From Myxococcales bacterium (GTDB lineage Bacteria > Myxococcota_A > Bradymonadia > UBA7976 > UBA1532), in assembly GCA_020633465.1 (NCBI GenBank), contig JACKDN010000006.1, forward strand, positions 111,047 to 175,046: 64,000 nucleotides of DNA. The letters run 5' to 3'. The first letter of the stretch is position 1. Each line of letters opens with the position of its first letter. The notes beneath the pieces were generated by a model that saw only the letters and a program-made list of their open reading frames with translations, was not told the origin of the DNA and made no database searches. Position numbers and translations under genes: made by a program. This document shows, piece by piece, positions 62,924 to 64,000 of this stretch.

Positions 62924-64000
62924 TCAGCGCGGCGGGGGCAGGCAGAGGCCGTCGCGGCAGGTCTGGTCGGGCGGGCCCGGGGCGTCGGCGCAGACGGCGT
63001 CGTCGGCGCAGCGGAAGCCACACACGCCCACCCGCGGCGGGTTGATGCAGGCGCACCCCATCGCGACGTGGTCGGGGCAGGCGGCCGCGCAGTCGTCGTC
63101 GACCGCGCAGGCCGTCAGGGTGCCGTTGCCCGGCCTCCCGCTGGGGCCGTCGCCGCCCGGCCGCCCCGGATCGACGGCCGAGCAGGCCTCGCGCGCGGTC
63201 GGGCGGCCCAGCGTCACCACGAAGCCGTCGTCCACCAGGCAGGCGCCGGACACCTGGTCGCAGTAGTAGCCCTGCTCGGTCCGGCAGTCCGCGTCGTCGG
63301 CGCACGCGCGCACCCAGCGCCCCCAGTCGCCCTCGGGCGTGTTCACCACCTCGACCGCGGCGTCCGTCGGACGACAGGTGGCGCCGTCGGCCGCCGCGCA
63401 GTAGCCGCCCGGCCAGCCCTCGTCGACCTTGAGGCACGTGCCCTGGGCCCCGCAGACCTCCTCGCGCAGGCACGCCGCGCCCAGCGCGATGTCGCAGTCG
63501 GCCGAGCTGGGCGCCGGCGAGGGCGCGCAGGCGAAGGGCAGCTCGGTCTTGTGGAAGCCGGCGGACAGGGCCCGCCCGCTGGGTGACGCGTCCGCCGTCA
63601 AGGCTTCGGGCGCGTACACCAGCGCGTGTGTCGAGTCGCCCACCAGCGCCTCGTCGGCGTCGCGTCGACCGTTGCCGTTCGCGTCGACGTAGAGCGCGAA
63701 CCGCCCGATGGCGTAGCCCCGACCGTCGGCGGTGAGGCGGGCCCACAGCGCGGCGTCCGGCCGATCGAACACGCGCAGGGGCCCCGTGCCGACGTGGGCC
63801 GGCCGGCCCGTCTCGATCTGCTCGATCACGTCGCTGGGTGCCCCGTCGACGCCCTCGGCCATCCAGAACAACGCCAGGCGCAGGCCGCCCTGGACCGGCG
63901 GCACGCCGGTGACGACGACCAGCGGGTGCGCATAGACCGCGTCGCCCTGGTAGCTGGCGGGCGGCAAGGCGTCGCCGCAGCCCAGCATCAGGCCGCACAC
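62924..64000 (-). CDS. Cys-rich secreted protein, 5'-partial (start beyond window end)
   Basis: ORF open to nt 64000. >20 Cys in disulfide-rich spacing. Confidence 0.5.
   Translation of the reverse strand: MCGLMLGCGDALPPASYQGDAVYAHPLVVVTGVPPVQGGLRLALFWMAEGVDGAPSDVIEQIETGRPAHVGTGPLRVFDRPDAALWARLTADGRGYAIGRFALYVDANGNGRRDADEALVGDSTHALVYAPEALTADASPSGRALSAGFHKTELPFACAPSPAPSSADCDIALGAACLREEVCGAQGTCLKVDEGWPGGYCAAADGATCRPTDAAVEVVNTPEGDWGRWVRACADDADCRTEQGYYCDQVSGACLVDDGFVVTLGRPTAREACSAVDPGRPGGDGPSGRPGNGTLTACAVDDDCAAACPDHVAMGCACINPPRVGVCGFRCADDAVCADAPGPPDQTCRDGLCLPPPR

Overview
Very high-GC (~70-72%) chromosomal segment, almost certainly from a myxobacterium. Two proteins end in MYXO-CTERM sorting tails (GGC/GDGC + hydrophobic helix + RRR), and there are many Cys-rich lipoproteins and FG-GAP/TSP3/lectin surface proteins. 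Most six-frame ORFs are GC artefacts; I called about 60 genes from recognisable protein families, RBS and overlapping-stop/start coupling. I found no rRNA, tRNA or CRISPR.

Gene content by region:
- 1-10.6 kb, housekeeping: ferredoxin, alpha/beta hydrolase, NAD-epimerase, GNAT, YgfZ, a TDO-like protein, an ABC1/UbiB kinase and a NUDIX hydrolase.
- 10.7-13.0 kb: an array of three type II toxin-antitoxin pairs, each an AbrB- or Phd-type antitoxin with a PIN toxin. The first pair sits between ~90-bp direct repeats copied from the 3' end of the NUDIX gene.
- 13.0-19.1 kb, a mobile-element scrapyard. A DDE-transposase plus AAA-ATPase insertion sequence interrupts the third vapC. Beside it is an unusual element encoding a 365-aa HuH/Y1 (IS200-like) transposase with a 200-aa C-terminal extension. 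Its hairpin-containing terminal motif R (GCGCCCCGGGACTCTAAGTCCTCCGAAAACACT) recurs four times, each time at a junction with a different flank: an IS21 istA fragment, two nested 5'-truncated partial copies of the element's own 3' end, and a DHFR-family pseudogene. This nested array of one-ended copies is the most interesting structure in the window.
- 19.2-52.4 kb: lipase, beta-helix paralogs, a frameshifted fadD, a Ser/Thr kinase with an AAA+TPR tail, an FG-GAP/lectin/TolB/M23 surface operon, acyl-CoA dehydrogenase, korAB and an HpnE-like oxidoreductase. The surface operon lies behind a (TTGACC)12 hexamer microsatellite in its promoter.
- 52.5-55.9 kb, a slightly lower-GC islet: an N-terminal fragment of a SMUG1-type uracil-DNA glycosylase, then a small acidic ORF whose start and stop both overlap its neighbours as GTGA, then an intact SMUG1, then an HTH-ImmA/IrrE metallopeptidase with a PIN-like partner.
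- 56-64 kb: DUF72, an FAD/Fe-S oxidase, a TPP-dependent enzyme and a partial Cys-rich secreted protein.

Caveat: at least eight genes carry apparent 1-5 nt frameshifts at short repeats (vapC, tnpA, DHFR, fadD x3, kinase, HEAT, SCE4755-like). This points to indel errors in the assembly or heavy pseudogenisation and should be checked against reads.
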